A stretch of DNA of 64,000 bases from Gordius albopunctatus. Its lineage: Eukaryota. The stretch covers positions 8,432,001-8,496,000 of the forward strand of contig OZ193910.1 in NCBI GenBank assembly GCA_964276515.1. The letters are read 5' to 3'. Under the pieces are notes generated by a model, which saw only the letters and a program-made list of their open reading frames with translations, made no database searches and was not told the DNA's origin. A program made the translations under genes and the position numbers. Shown piece after piece: positions 11,801 to 25,887 of this stretch (position 1 is the first letter of the stretch; every line of letters begins with the position of its first letter).

Positions 11801-14800
11801 AGACGTGATTTCCATGATAAAAAGTTAAAATTTATCAGAATTAGAGAACTATTACTTTTAAATCATCATCGCATAGAGCATGTTTCAAAAATTAAGCACT
11901 AACGTTGCGATACAACTAACTAATCGCAACAATATAACGTTGTCTTTTCTCAAAATGATTGTTCTCGCAACTTAAAACTTCTTATAAGGAGTCGATCGAG
12001 ATTAATAGGATTCTCAAATCAGCTTACTTTTATATATTTTTTCAAGCTCTTTTACATAAAATAACAAAAAATATATTGTTCAGGTTAAAATAATTCACAA
12101 TTTTTTCCTTTCGGCCATATTCAACCGATGAAAGTTGTTATTTTCAGACGTGATTTCCATGATAAAAAGTTAAAATTTATCAGAATTAGAGAACCATTAC
12201 TTTTAAATCATCATCGCATAGAGCATGTTTCAAAAATTAAGCACTAACGTTGCGATACAACTAACTAATCGCAACAAAATAACGTTGTCTTTTCTCAAAA
12301 TGATTGTTCTCGCAGCTTAAAACTTCTTTCTTAAGTCAATCGAGCATAAAAGGTTTCTCAAATTGGCTTACTTTAATATATTTTTTCAAGCTCTTTTACA
12401 TAAAATAACAAAAAATATATTTTTTCAGGATAAAATAATTCACAATTTTTTCCTTTCAACCATATTCAACTGATGAAAGTTGTTATTTTCAGACGTGATT
12501 TCCATGATAAAAAGTTAAAATTTATCAGAATTAGAGAACCATTACTTTTAAATCATCATCGCATAGAGCATGTTTCAAAAATTAAGCACTAACGTTGCGA
12601 TACAACGAACTAATCGCAACAATATAACGTTGTCTTTTCTCAAAATGATTGTTCTCGCAGCTTAAAACTTCTTATAAGGAGTCGATCGAGATTAATAGGA
12701 TTCTCAAATAAGCTTACTTTTATATATTTTTTCAAGCTCTTTTACATAAAATAACAAAAAATATATTGTTCAGGTTAAAATAATTCACAATTTTTTCCTT
12801 TCGGCCATATTCAACCGATGAAAGTTGTTATTTTCAGACGTGATTTCCATGATAAAAAGTTAAAATTTATCAGAATTAGAGAACCATTACTTTTAAATCA
12901 TCATCGCATAGAGCATGTTTCAAAAATTAAGCACTAACGTTGCGATACAACTAACTAATCGCAACAAAATAACGTTGTCTTTTCTCAAAATGATTGTTCT
13001 CGCAGCTTAAAACTTCTTTCTTAAGTCAATCGAGCATAAAAGGTTTCTCAAATTGGCTTACTTTAATATATTTTTTCAAGCTCTTTTACATAAAATAACA
13101 AAAAATATATTTTTTCAGGATAAAATAATTCACAATTTTTTCCTTTCAACCATATTCAACTGATGAAAGTTGTTATTTTCAGACGTGATTTCCATGATAA
13201 AAAGTTAAAATTTATCAGAATTAGAGAACCATTACTTTTAAATCATCATCGCATAGAGCATGTTTCAAAAATTAAGCATTAACGTTGCGATACAACTAAC
13301 TAATCGCAACAATATAACGTTGTCTTTTCTCAAAATGATTGTTCTCGCAGCTTAAAACTTCTTATAAGGAGTCGATCGAGATTAATAGGATTCTCAAATC
13401 AGCTTACTTTTATATATTTTTTCAAGCTCTTTTACATAAAATAACAAAAAATATATTGTTCAGGTTAAAATAATTCACAATTTTTTCCTTTCGGCCATAT
13501 TCAACCGATGAAAGTTGTTATTTTAAGACGTGATTTCCATGATAAAAAGTCAAAATTTATCAGAATTAGAGAACTGTTACTTTTAAATCATCATCGCATA
13601 GAGCATGTTTCAAAAATTAAGCACTAACGTTGCGATACAACAAACTAATCGCAACAAAATAACGTTGTCTTTTCTCAAAATGATTGTTCTCGCAGCTTAA
13701 AACTTCTTTCTTAAGTCAATCGAGCATAAAAGGTTTCTCAAATTGGCTTACTTTAATATATTTTTTCAAGCTCCTTTACATAAAATAACAAAAAATATAT
13801 TTTTTCAGGATAAAATAATTCACAATTTTTTCCTTTCAACCATATTCAACTGATGAAAGTTGTTATTTTCAGACGTGATTTCCATGATAAAAAGTCAAAA
13901 TTTATCAGAATTAGAGAACTATTACTTTTAAATCATCATCGCATAGAGCATGTTTCAAAAATTAAGCACTAACGTTGCGATACAACTAATCGCAACAATA
14001 TAACGTTGTCTTTTCTCAAAATGATTGTTCTCGCAGCTTAAAACTTCTTATAAGGAGTCGATCGAGATTAATAGGATTCTCAAATGAGCTTACTTTTATA
14101 TATTTTTTCAAGCTCTTTTACATAAAATAACAAAAAATATATTGTTCAGGTTAAAATAATTCACAATTTTTTCCTTTCAACCATATTCAACCGATGAAAG
14201 TTGTTATTTTCAGACGTGATTTCCATGATAAAAAGTTAAAATTTATCAGAATTAGAGAACCATTACTTTTAAATCATCATCGCATAGAGCATGTTTCAAA
14301 AATTAAGCACTAACGTTGCGATACAACTAACTAATCGCAACAATATAACGTTGTCTTTTCTCAAAATGATTGTTCTCGCAGCTTAAAACTTCTTATAAGG
14401 AGTCGATCGAGATTAATAGGATTTTCAAATCAGCTTACTTTTATATATTTTTTCAAGCTCTTTTACATAAAATAACAAAAAATATATTTTTCAGGTTAAA
14501 ATAATTCACAATTTTTTCCTTTCAACCATATTCAACCGATAAAAGTTGTTATTTTCAGACGTGATTGCCATGATAAAAAGTTAAAATTTATCAGAATTAG
14601 AGAACCATTACTTTTAAATCATCATCGCATAGAGCATGTTTCAAAAATTAAGCACTAACGTTGCGATACAACTAACTAATCGCAACAATATAACGTTGTA
14701 TTTTCTCAAAATGATTGTTCTCGCAGCTTAAAACTTCTTTCTGAAGTCAATCGAGGATAAAAGGTTTCTCAAATCAGCTTACTTTTATATATTTTTTCAA

Positions 14801-16378
14801 GCTCTTTTACATAAAATAACAAAAAATATATTTTTCAGGTTTAAATAATTCACAATTTTTTCCTTTCAACCATATTCAACCGATGAAAGTTGTTATTTTC
14901 AGACGTGATTTCCATGATAAAAAGTTAAAATTTATCAGAATTAGAGAACTATTACTTTTAAATCATCATCGCATAGAGCATGTTTCAAAAATTAAGCACT
15001 AACGTTGCGATACAACTAACTAATCGCAACAATATAACGTTGTCTTTTCTCAAAATGATTGTTCTCGCAACTTAAAACTTCTTATAAGGAGTCGATCGAG
15101 ATTAATAGGATTCTCAAATCAGCTTACTTTTATATATTTTTTCAAGCTCTTTTACATAAAATAACAAAAAATATATTGTTCAGGTTAAAATAATTCACAA
15201 TTTTTTCCTTTCGGCCATATTCAACCGATGAAAGTTGTTATTTTCAGACGTGATTTCCATGATAAAAAGTTAAAATTTATCAGAATTAGAGAACCATTAC
15301 TTTTAAATCATCATCGCATAGAGCATGTTTCAAAAATTAAGCACTAACGTTGCGATACAACTAACTAATCGCAACAAAATAACGTTGTCTTTTCTCAAAA
15401 TGATTGTTCTCGCAGCTTAAAACTTCTTTCTTAAGTCAATCGAGCATAAAAGGTTTCTCAAATTGGCTTACTTTAATATATTTTTTCAAGCTCTTTTACA
15501 TAAAATAACAAAAAATATATTTTTTCAGGATAAAATAATTCACAATTTTTTCCTTTCAACCATATTCAACTGATGAAAGTTGTTATTTTCAGACGTGATT
15601 TCCATGATAAAAAGTTAAAATTTATCAGAATTAGAGAACCATTACTTTTAAATCATCATCGCATAGAGCATGTTTCAAAAATTAAGCACTAACGTTGCGA
15701 TACAACGAACTAATCGCAACAATATAACGTTGTCTTTTCTCAAAATGATTGTTCTCGCAGCTTAAAACTTCTTATAAGGAGTCGATCGAGATTAATAGGA
15801 TTCTCAAATAAGCTTACTTTTATATATTTTTTCAAGCTCTTTTACATAAAATAACAAAAAATATATTGTTCAGGTTAAAATAATTCACAATTTTTTCCTT
15901 TCGGCCATATTCAACCGATGAAAGTTGTTATTTTCAGACGTGATTTCCATGATAAAAAGTTAAAATTTATCAGAATTAGAGAACCATTACTTTTAAATCA
16001 TCATCGCATAGAGCATGTTTCAAAAATTAAGCACTAACGTTGCGATACAACTAACTAATCGCAACAAAATAACGTTGTCTTTTCTCAAAATGATTGTTCT
16101 CGCAGCTTAAAACTTCTTTCTTAAGTCAATCGAGCATAAAAGGTTTCTCAAATTGGCTTACTTTAATATATTTTTTCAAGCTCTTTTACATAAAATAACA
16201 AAAAATATATTTTTTCAGGATAAAATAATTCACAATTTTTTCCTTTCAACCATATTCAACTGATGAAAGTTGTTATTTTCAGACGTGATTTCCATGATAA
16301 AAAGTTAAAATTTATCAGAATTAGAGAACCATTACTTTTAAATCATCATCGCATAGAGCATGTTTCAAAAATTAAGCA
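8871..16378 (+). repeat. Tandem duplication of a 9-monomer unit (3100 bp, ~2.4 copies)
   Basis: Private variants recur at +3100: ATTAAGCATT 10171/13271, TTTTAAGACG 10421/13521, CTCCTTTACA 10671/13771, ATTTTCAAAT 11321/14421, GTGATTGCCA 11461/14561. Confidence 0.9.
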
Positions 16379-19300
16379 CTAACGTTGCGATACAACGAAC
16401 TAATCGCAACAATATAACGTTGTCTTTTCTCAAAATGATTGTTCTCGCAGCTTAAAACTTCTTATAAGGAGTCGATCGAGATTAATAGGATTCTCAAATA
16501 AGCTTACTTTTATATATTTTTTCAAGCTCTTTTACATAAAATAACAAAAAATATATTTTTCAGGTTAAAACAATTCACAATTTTTTCCTTTCAACCATAT
16601 TCAACCGATGAAAGTTGTTATTTTCAGACGTGATTTCCATGATAAAAAGTTAAAATTTATCAGAATTAGAGAACCATTACTTTTAAATCATCATCGCATA
16701 GAGCATGTTTCAAAAATTAAGCACTAACGTTGCGATACAACTAACTAATCGCAACAATATAACGTTGTCTTTTCTCAAAATGATTGTTCTCGCAGCTTAA
16801 AACTTCTTATAAGGAGTCGATCGAGATTAATAGGATTCTCAAATCAGCTTACTTTTATATATTTTTTCAAGCTCTTTTACATAAAATAACAAAAAATATA
16901 TTGTTCAGGTTAAAATAATTCACAATTTTTTCCTTTCGGCCATATTCAACCGATGAAAGTTGTTATTTTCAGACGTGATTTCCATGATAAAAAGTCAAAA
17001 TTTATCAGAATTAGAGAACTGTTACTTTTAAATCATCATCGCATAGAGCATGTTTCAAAAATTAAGCACTAACGTTGCGATACAACTAACTAATCGCAAC
17101 AATATAACGTTGTCTTTTCTCAAAATGATTGTTCTCGCAGCTTAAAACTTCTTTCTAAAGTCAATCGAGCATAAAAGGTTTCTCAAATTGGCTTACTTTA
17201 ATATATTTTTTCAAGCTCTTTTACATAAAATAACAAAAAATATATTTTTTCAGGATAAAATAATTCACAATTTTTTCCTTTCAACCATATTCAACCGATG
17301 AAAGTTGTTATTTTCAGACGTGATTTCCATGATAAAAAGTTAAAATTTATCAGAATTAGAGAACTCTTACTTTTAAATCATCATCGCATAGAGCATGTTT
17401 CAAAAATTAAGCACTCACGTTGCGATATAACAAACTAATCGCAACAAGATAACGTTGTCTTTTCGCAAAATGATAGTTCTCGCAGCTTAAAACTTCTTAT
17501 AAGGAGTCGATCGAGATTAATAGGATTCTCAAATAAGCTTACTTTTATATATTTTTTCAAGCTCTTTTACATAAAATAACAAAAAATATATTGTTCAGGT
17601 TAAAATAATTCACAATTTTTTCCTTTCGGCCATATTCAACCGATGAAAGTTGTTATTTTCAGACGTGATTTCCATGATAAAAAGTTAAAATTTATCAGAA
17701 TTAGAGAACCATTACTTTTAAATCATCATCGCATAGAGCATGTTTCAAAAATTAAGCACTAACGTTGCGATACAACTAACTAATCGCAACAATATAACGT
17801 TGTCTTTTCTCAAAATGATTGTTCTCGCAGCTTAAAACTTCTTATAAGGAGTCGATCGAGATTAATAGGATTCTCAAATCAGCTTACTTTTATATATTTT
17901 TTCAAGCTCTTTTACATAAAATAACAAAAAATATATTGTTCAGGTTAAAATAATTCACAATTTTTTCCTTTCGGCCATATTCAACCGATGAAAGTTGTTA
18001 TTTTCAGACGTGATTTCCATGATAAAAAGTCAAAATTTATCAGAATTAGAGAACTGTTACTTTTAAATCATCATCGCATAGAGCATGTTTCAAAAATTAA
18101 GCACTAACGTTGCGATACAACTAACTAATCGCAACAATATAACGTTGTCTTTTCTCAAAATGATTGTTCTCGCAGCTTAAAACTTCTTTCTAAAGTCAAT
18201 CGAGCATAAAAGGTTTCTCAAATTGGCTTACTTTAATATATTTTTTCAAGCTCTTTTACATAAAATAACAAAAAATATATTTTTTCAGGATAAAATAATT
18301 CACAATTTTTTCCTTTCAACCATATTCAACTGATGAAAGTTGTTATTTTCAGACGTGATTTCCATGATAAAAAGTTAAAATTTATCAGAATTAGAGAACC
18401 ATTACTTTTAAATCATCATCGCATAGAGCATGTTTCAAAAATTAAGCACTAACGTTGCGATACAAAGAAACTAATCGCATCAATATAACGTTGTCTTTTC
18501 TCAAAATGATTGTTCTCGCAGCTTAAAACTTCTTATAAGGAGTCGATCGAGATTAATAGGATTCTCAAATAAGCTTACTTTTATATATTTTTTCAAGCTC
18601 TTTTACATAAAATAACAAAAAATATATTTTTCAGGTTAAAATAATTCACAATTTTTTCCTTTCAACCATATTCAACCGATGAAAGTTGTTATTTTCAGAC
18701 GTGATTTCCATGATAAAAAGTTAAAATTTATCACAATTAGAGAACCATTACTTTTAAATCATCATCGCATAGAGCATGTTTCAAAAATTAAGCACTAACG
18801 TTGCGATACAACTAACTAATCGCAACAATATAACGTTGTCTTTTCTCAAAATGATTGTTCTCGCAGCTTAAAACTTCTTATAAGGAGTCGATCGAGATTA
18901 ATAGGATTCTCAAATCAGCTTACTTTTATATATTTTTTCAAGCTCTTTTACATAAAATAACAAAAAATATATTGTTCAGGTTAAAATAATTCACAATTTT
19001 TTCCTTTCGGCCATATTCAACCGATGAAAGTTGTTATTTTCAGACGTGATTTCCATGATAAAAAGTCAAAATTTATCAGAATTAGAGAACTGTTACTTTT
19101 AAATCATCATCGCATAGAGCATGTTTCAAAAATTAAGCACTAACGTTGCGATACAACGAACTAATCGCAACAATATAACGTTGTCTTTTCTCAAAATGAT
19201 TGTTCTCGCAGCTTAAAACTTCTTATAAGGAGTCGATCGAGATTAATAGGATTCTCAAATCAGCTTACTTTTATATATTTTTTCAAGCTCTTTTACATAA

Positions 19301-20738
19301 AATAACAAAAAATATATTGTTCAGGTTAAAATAATTCACAATTTTTTCCTTTCGGCCATATTCAACCGATGAAAGTTGTTATTTTCAGACGTGATTTCCA
19401 TGATAAAAAGTCAAAATTTATCAGAATTAGAGAACTGTTACTTTTAAATCATCATCGCATAGAGCATGTTTCAAAAATTAAGCACTAACGTTGCGATACA
19501 ACGAACTAATCGCAACAATATAACGTTGTCTTTTCTCAAAATGATTGTTCTCGCAGCTTAAAACTTCTTATAAGGAGTCGATCGAGCATAAAAGGTTTCT
19601 CAAATTGGCTTACTTTAATATATTTTTTCAAGCTCTTTTACATAAAATAACAAAAAATATATTTTTTCAGGATAAAATAATTCACAATTTTTTCCTTTCA
19701 ACCATATTCAACCGATGAAAGTTGTTATTTTCAGACGTGATTTCCATGATAAAAAGTTAAAATTTATCAGAATTAGAGAACTATTACTTTTAAATCATCA
19801 TCGCATAGAGCATGTTTCAAAAATTAAGCACTAACGTTGCGATACAACGAACTAATCGCAACAATATAACGTTGTCTTTTCTCAAAATGATTGTTCTCGC
19901 AGCTTAAAACTTCTTATAAGGAGTCGATCGAGCATAAAAGGTTTCTCAAATTGGCTTACTTTAATATATTTTTTCAAGCTCTTTTACATAAAATAACAAA
20001 AAATATATTTTTTCAGGATAAAATAATTCACAATTTTTTCCTTTCAACCATATTCAACCGATGAAAGTTGTTATTTTCAGACGTGATTTCCATGATAAAA
20101 AGTTAAAATTTATCAGAATTAGAGAACTATTACTTTTAAATCATCATCGCATAGAGCATGTTTCAAAAATTAAGCACTCACGTTGCGATACAACAAACTA
20201 ATCGCAACAAGATAACGTTGTCTTTTCGCAAAATGATAGTTCTCGCAGCTTGAAACATCTTATAAGGAGTCGATCGAGATTAATAGGATTCTCAAATGAG
20301 CTTACTTTTATATATTTTTTCAAGCTCTTTTACATAAAATAACAAAATATATAGTTTTTCAGGTTAAAATAATTCACAATTTTTTCCTTTCGGCCATATT
20401 CAACCGATGAAAGTTGTTATTTTCAGACGTGATTTCCACGATAAAAAGTCAAAATTTATCAGAATTAGAGAACTATTACTTTTAAATCATCATCGCATAG
20501 AGCATGTTTCAAAAATTAAGCACTAACGTTGCGATAAAACAAACTAATCGCAACAATATAACGTTGTCTTTTCTCAAAATGATTGTTCTCGCAGCTTAAA
20601 ACTTCTTTCTAAAGTCAATCGAGGATAAAAGGTTTCTCAAATTGGCTTACTTTAAAATATTTTTTCAAGCTCTTTTACATAAAATAACAAAAAATATATT
20701 TTTTCAGGATAAAATAATTCACAATTTTTTCCTTTCAA

Positions 20739-23700
20739 CCATATTCAACCGATGAAAGTTGTTATTTTCAGACGTGATTTCCATGATAAAAAGTCAAAAT
20801 TTATCAGAATTAGAGAACTATTACTTTTAAATCATCATCGCATAGAGCATGTTTCAAAAATTAAGCACTAACGTTGCGATACAACAAACTAATCGCAACA
20901 ATATAACGTTGTCTTTTCTCAAAATGATTGTTCTCGCAGCTTAAAACTTCTTTCTAAAGTCAATCGAGGATAAAAGGTTTCTCAAATTGGCTTACTTTAA
21001 AATATTTTTTCAAGCTCTTTTACATAAAATAACAAAATATATATTTTTTTAGGTTAAAATAATTCACAATTTTTTACTTTCGGCCATATTCAACCTATGA
21101 AAGTTGTTATTTTCAGACGTTATTTCCACGATAAAAAGTCAAAATTTATCAGAATTAGAGAACTATTACTTTTAAATCATCATCGCATAGAGCATGTTTC
21201 AAAAATTAAGCACTAACGTTGCGATACAACAAACTAATCGCAACAATATAACGTTGTCTTTTCTCAAAATGATTGTTCTCGCAGCTTAAAACTTCTTTCT
21301 AAAGTCAATCGAGGATAAAAGGTTTCTCAAATTGGCTTACTTTAAAATATTTTTTCAAGCTCTTTTACATAAATACACAAAAAATATATTTTTTCAGGTT
21401 AAAATAATTCACAATTTTTTCCTTTCAACCATATTCAACCGATGAAAGTTGTTATTTTCAGACGTGATTTCCATGATAAAAAGTCAAAATTTATCAGAAT
21501 TAGAAAACTATTACTTTGAAATCATCATCGCATAGAGCATGTTTAAATAATTAAGCACTCACGTTGTGATACAACTAATCGCAACAATATAACGTTGTCT
21601 TTTCTCAAAATGATTGTTCTCGCAGCTTAAAACTTCTAATAAGGAGTCGATCGAGAATAATAGGATTCTCAAATGAGCTTACTTTTATATATTTTTTCAA
21701 GCTCTTTTACATAAAATAACAAAATATATTTTTTTTCAGGTTAAAATAATTCACAATTTTTTCCTTTCGGCCATATTCAACTGATGAAAGTTGTTTTTTT
21801 CAGACGTGATTTCCATGATAAAAAGTCAAAATTTATCAGAATTAGAAAACTATTACTTTGAAATCATCATCGCATAGAGCATGTTTAAATAATTAAGCAC
21901 TCACGTTGCGATACAACTAATCGCAACAATATAACGTTGTCTTTTCTCAAAATGATTGTTCTCGCAGCTTAAAACTTCTTTCTAAAGTCGATCGAGGATA
22001 AAAGGTTTCTCAAATTGGCTTACTTTAAAATATTTTTTCAAGCTCTTTTACATAAAATAACAAAAAATATATTTTTTCAGGATAAAATAATTCACAATTT
22101 TTTCCTTTCAACCATATTCAACCGATGAAAGTTGTTATTTTCAGACGTGATTTCCATGATAAAAAGTCAAAATTCATCAGAATTAGAAAACTATTACTTT
22201 GAAATCATCATCGCATAGAGCATGTTTAAATAATTAAGCACTCACGTTGCGATACAACTAATCGCAACAATATAACGTTGTCTTTTCTCAAAATGATTGT
22301 TCTCGCAGCTTAAAACTTCTAATAAGGAGTCGATCGAGAATAATAGGATTCTCAAATGAGCTTAGTTTTATATATTTTTTCAAGCTCTTTTACATAAAAT
22401 AACAAAATATATTTTTTTTCAGGTTAAAATAATTCACAATTTTTTCCTTTCGGCCATATTCAACCGATGAAAGTTGTTTTTTTCAGACGTGATTTCCATG
22501 ATAAAAAGTCAAAATTTATCAGAATTAGAAAACTATTACTTTGAAATCATCATCGCATAGAGCATGTTTAAATAATTAAGCACTCACGTTGCGATACAAC
22601 TAATCGCAACAATATAACGTTGTCTTTTCTCAAAATGATTGTTCTCGCAGCTTAAAACTTCTAATAAGGAGTCGATCGAGAATAATAGGATTCTCAAATG
22701 AGCTTACTTTTATATATTTTTTCAAGCTCTTTTACATAAAATAACAAAAAATATATTTTTTCAGGTTAAAATAATTCACAATTTTTTCCTTTCAACCATA
22801 TTCAACCGATGAAAGTTGTTATTTTCAGACGTGATTTCCATGATAAAAAGTTAAAATTTATCAGAATTAGAGAACCATTACTTTTAAATCATCATCGCAT
22901 ACAGCATGTTTTAAAAATTAAGCACTAACGTTGCGATACAACTAATCGCAACAATATAACGTTGTCTTTTCTCAAAATGATTGTTCTCGCAGCTTAAAAC
23001 TTCTAATAAGGAGTCGATCGAGAATAATAGGATTCTCAAATGAGCTTACTTTTATATATTTTTTCAAGCTCTTTTACATAAAATAACAAAATATATTTTT
23101 TTTCAGGTTAAAATAATTCACAATTTTTTCCTTTCGGCCATATTCAACCGATGAAAGTTGTTATTTTCAGACGTGATTTCCACGATAAAAAGTCAAAATT
23201 TATCAGAATTAGAGAACTATTACTTTTAAATCATCATCGCATAGAGCATGTTTCAAAAATTAAGCACTAACGTTGCGATACAACAAACTAATCGCAACAA
23301 TATAACGTTGTCTTTTCTCAAAATGATTGTTCTCGCAGCTTAAAACTTCTTTCTAAAGTCAATCGAGGATAAAAGGTTTCTCAAATTGGCTTACTTTAAA
23401 ATATTTTTTCAAGCTCTTTTACATAAAATAACAAAAAATATATTTTTTCAGGATAAAATAATTCACAATTTTTTCCTTTCAACCATATTCAACCGATGAA
23501 AGTTGTTATTTTCAGACGTGATTTCCATGATAAAAAGTCAAAATTTATCAGAATTAGAGAACTATTACTTTTAAATCATCATCGCATAGAGCATGTTTCA
23601 AAAATTAAGCACTAACGTTGCGATACAACAAACTAATCGCAACAATATAACGTTGTCTTTTCTCAAAATGATTGTTCTCGCAGCTTAAAACTTCTTTCTA

Positions 23701-25887
23701 AAGTCAATCGAGGATAAAAGGTTTCTCAAATTGGCTTACTTTAAAATATTTTTTCAAGCTCTTTTACATAAAATAACAAAATATATATTTTTTTAGGTTA
23801 AAATAATTCACAATTTTTTACTTTCGGCCATATTCAACCGATGAAAGTTGTTATTTTCAGACGTTATTTCCACGATAAAAAGTCAAAATTTATCAGAATT
23901 AGAGAACTATTACTTTTAAATCATCATCGCATAGAGCATGTTTCAAAAATTAAGCACTAACGTTGCGATACAACAAACTAATCGCAACAATATAACGTTG
24001 TCTTTTCTCAAAATGATTGTTCTCGCAGCTTAAAACTTCTTTCTAAAGTCAATCGAGGATAAAAGGTTTCTCAAATTGGCTTACTTTAAAATATTTTTTC
24101 AAGCTCTTTTACATAAATAAACAAAAAATATATTTTTTCAGGTTAAAATAATTCACAATTTTTTCCTTTCAACCATATTCAACCGATGAAAGTTGTTATT
24201 TTCAGACGTGATTTCCATGATAAAAAGTCAAAATTTATCAGAATTAGAAAACTATTACTTTGAAATCATCATCGCATAGAGCATGTTTAAATAATTAAGC
24301 ACTAACGTTGCGATGCAACAAACTAATCGCAACAATATAACGTTGTCTTTTCTCAAAATGATTGTTCTCGCAGCTTAAAACTTCTTTCTAAAGTCAATCG
24401 AGCATAAAAGGTTTCTCAAATTGGCTTACTTTAATATATTTTTTCAAGCTCTTTTACATAAAATAACAAAAAATATATTTTTTCAGGATAAAATAATTCA
24501 CAATTTTTTCCTTTCAACCATATTCAACTGATGAAAGTTGTTATTTTCAGACGTGATTTCCATGATAAAAAGTCAAAATTTATCAGAATTAGAGAACTAT
24601 TACTTTTAAATCATCATCGCATAGAGCATGTTTCAAAAATTAAGCACTAACGTTGCGATACAACTAATCGCAACAATATAACGTTGTCTTTTCTCAAAAT
24701 GATTGTTCTCGCAGCTTAAAACTTCTTATAAGGAGTCGATCGAGATTAATAGGATTCTCAAATGAGCTTACTTTTATATATTTTTTCAAGCTCTTTTACA
24801 TAAAATAACAAAAAATATATTGTTCATGTTAAAATAATTCACAATTTTTTCCTTTCAACCATATTCAACCGATGAAAGTTGTTATTTTCAGACGTGATTT
24901 CCATGATAAAAAGTTAAAATTTATCAGAATTAGAGAACTATTACTTTTAAATCATCATCGCATAGAGCATGTTTCAAAAATTAAGCACTCACGTTCCGAT
25001 ACAACAAACTAATCGCAACAAGATAACGTTGTCTTTTCGCAAAATGATAGTTCTCGCAGCTTGAAACATCTTATAAGGAGTCGATCGAGATTAATAGGAT
25101 TCTCAAATCAGCTTACTTTTATATATTTTTTCAAGCTCTTTTACATAAAATAACAAAAAATATATTTTTCAGGTTAAAATAATTCACAATTTTTTCCTTT
25201 CAACCATATTCAACCGATGAAAGTTGTTATTTTCAGACGTGATTTCCATGATAAAAAGTTAAAATTTATCAGAATTAGAGAACTGTTACTTTTAAATCAT
25301 CATCGCATAGAGCATGTTTCAAAAATTAAGCACTAACGTTGCGATACAACTAACTAATCGCAACAATATAACGTTGTATTTTCTCAAAATGATTGTTCTC
25401 GCAGCTTAAAACTTCTTTCTGAAGTCAATCGAGGATAAAAGGTTTCTCAAATTGGCTTACTTTAATATATTTTTTCAAGCTCTTTTACATAAAATAACAA
25501 AAAATATATTTTTTCAGGATAAAATAATTCACAATTTTTTCCTTTCAACCATATTCAACCGATGAAAGTTGTTATTTTCAGACGTTATTTCCATGATAAA
25601 AAGTCAAAATTTATCAGAATTAGAGAACTATTACTTTTAAATCATCATCGCATAGAGCATGTTTCAAAAATTAAGCACTAACGTTGCGATACAACGAATC
25701 GCAACAATATAACGTTGTCTTTTCTCAAAATGATTGTTCTCGCAGCTTAAAACTTCTTATAAGGAGTCGATCGAGATTAATAGGATTCTCAAATGAGCTT
25801 ACTTTTATATATTTTTTCAAGCTCTTTTACATAAAATAACAAAAAATATATTTTTCAGGTTAAAATAATTCACAATTTTTTCCTTTC
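20739..25887 (+). repeat. ~15-monomer block, copy 1 (copy 2 at 41399-46547)
   Basis: Markers recur at +20660: AAATACACAA 21371/42031, ACGTTGTGAT 21561/42221, AATTCATCAG 22171/42831, CGATGCAACA 24311/44971, TGTTCATGTT 24821/45481. Confidence 0.9.
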
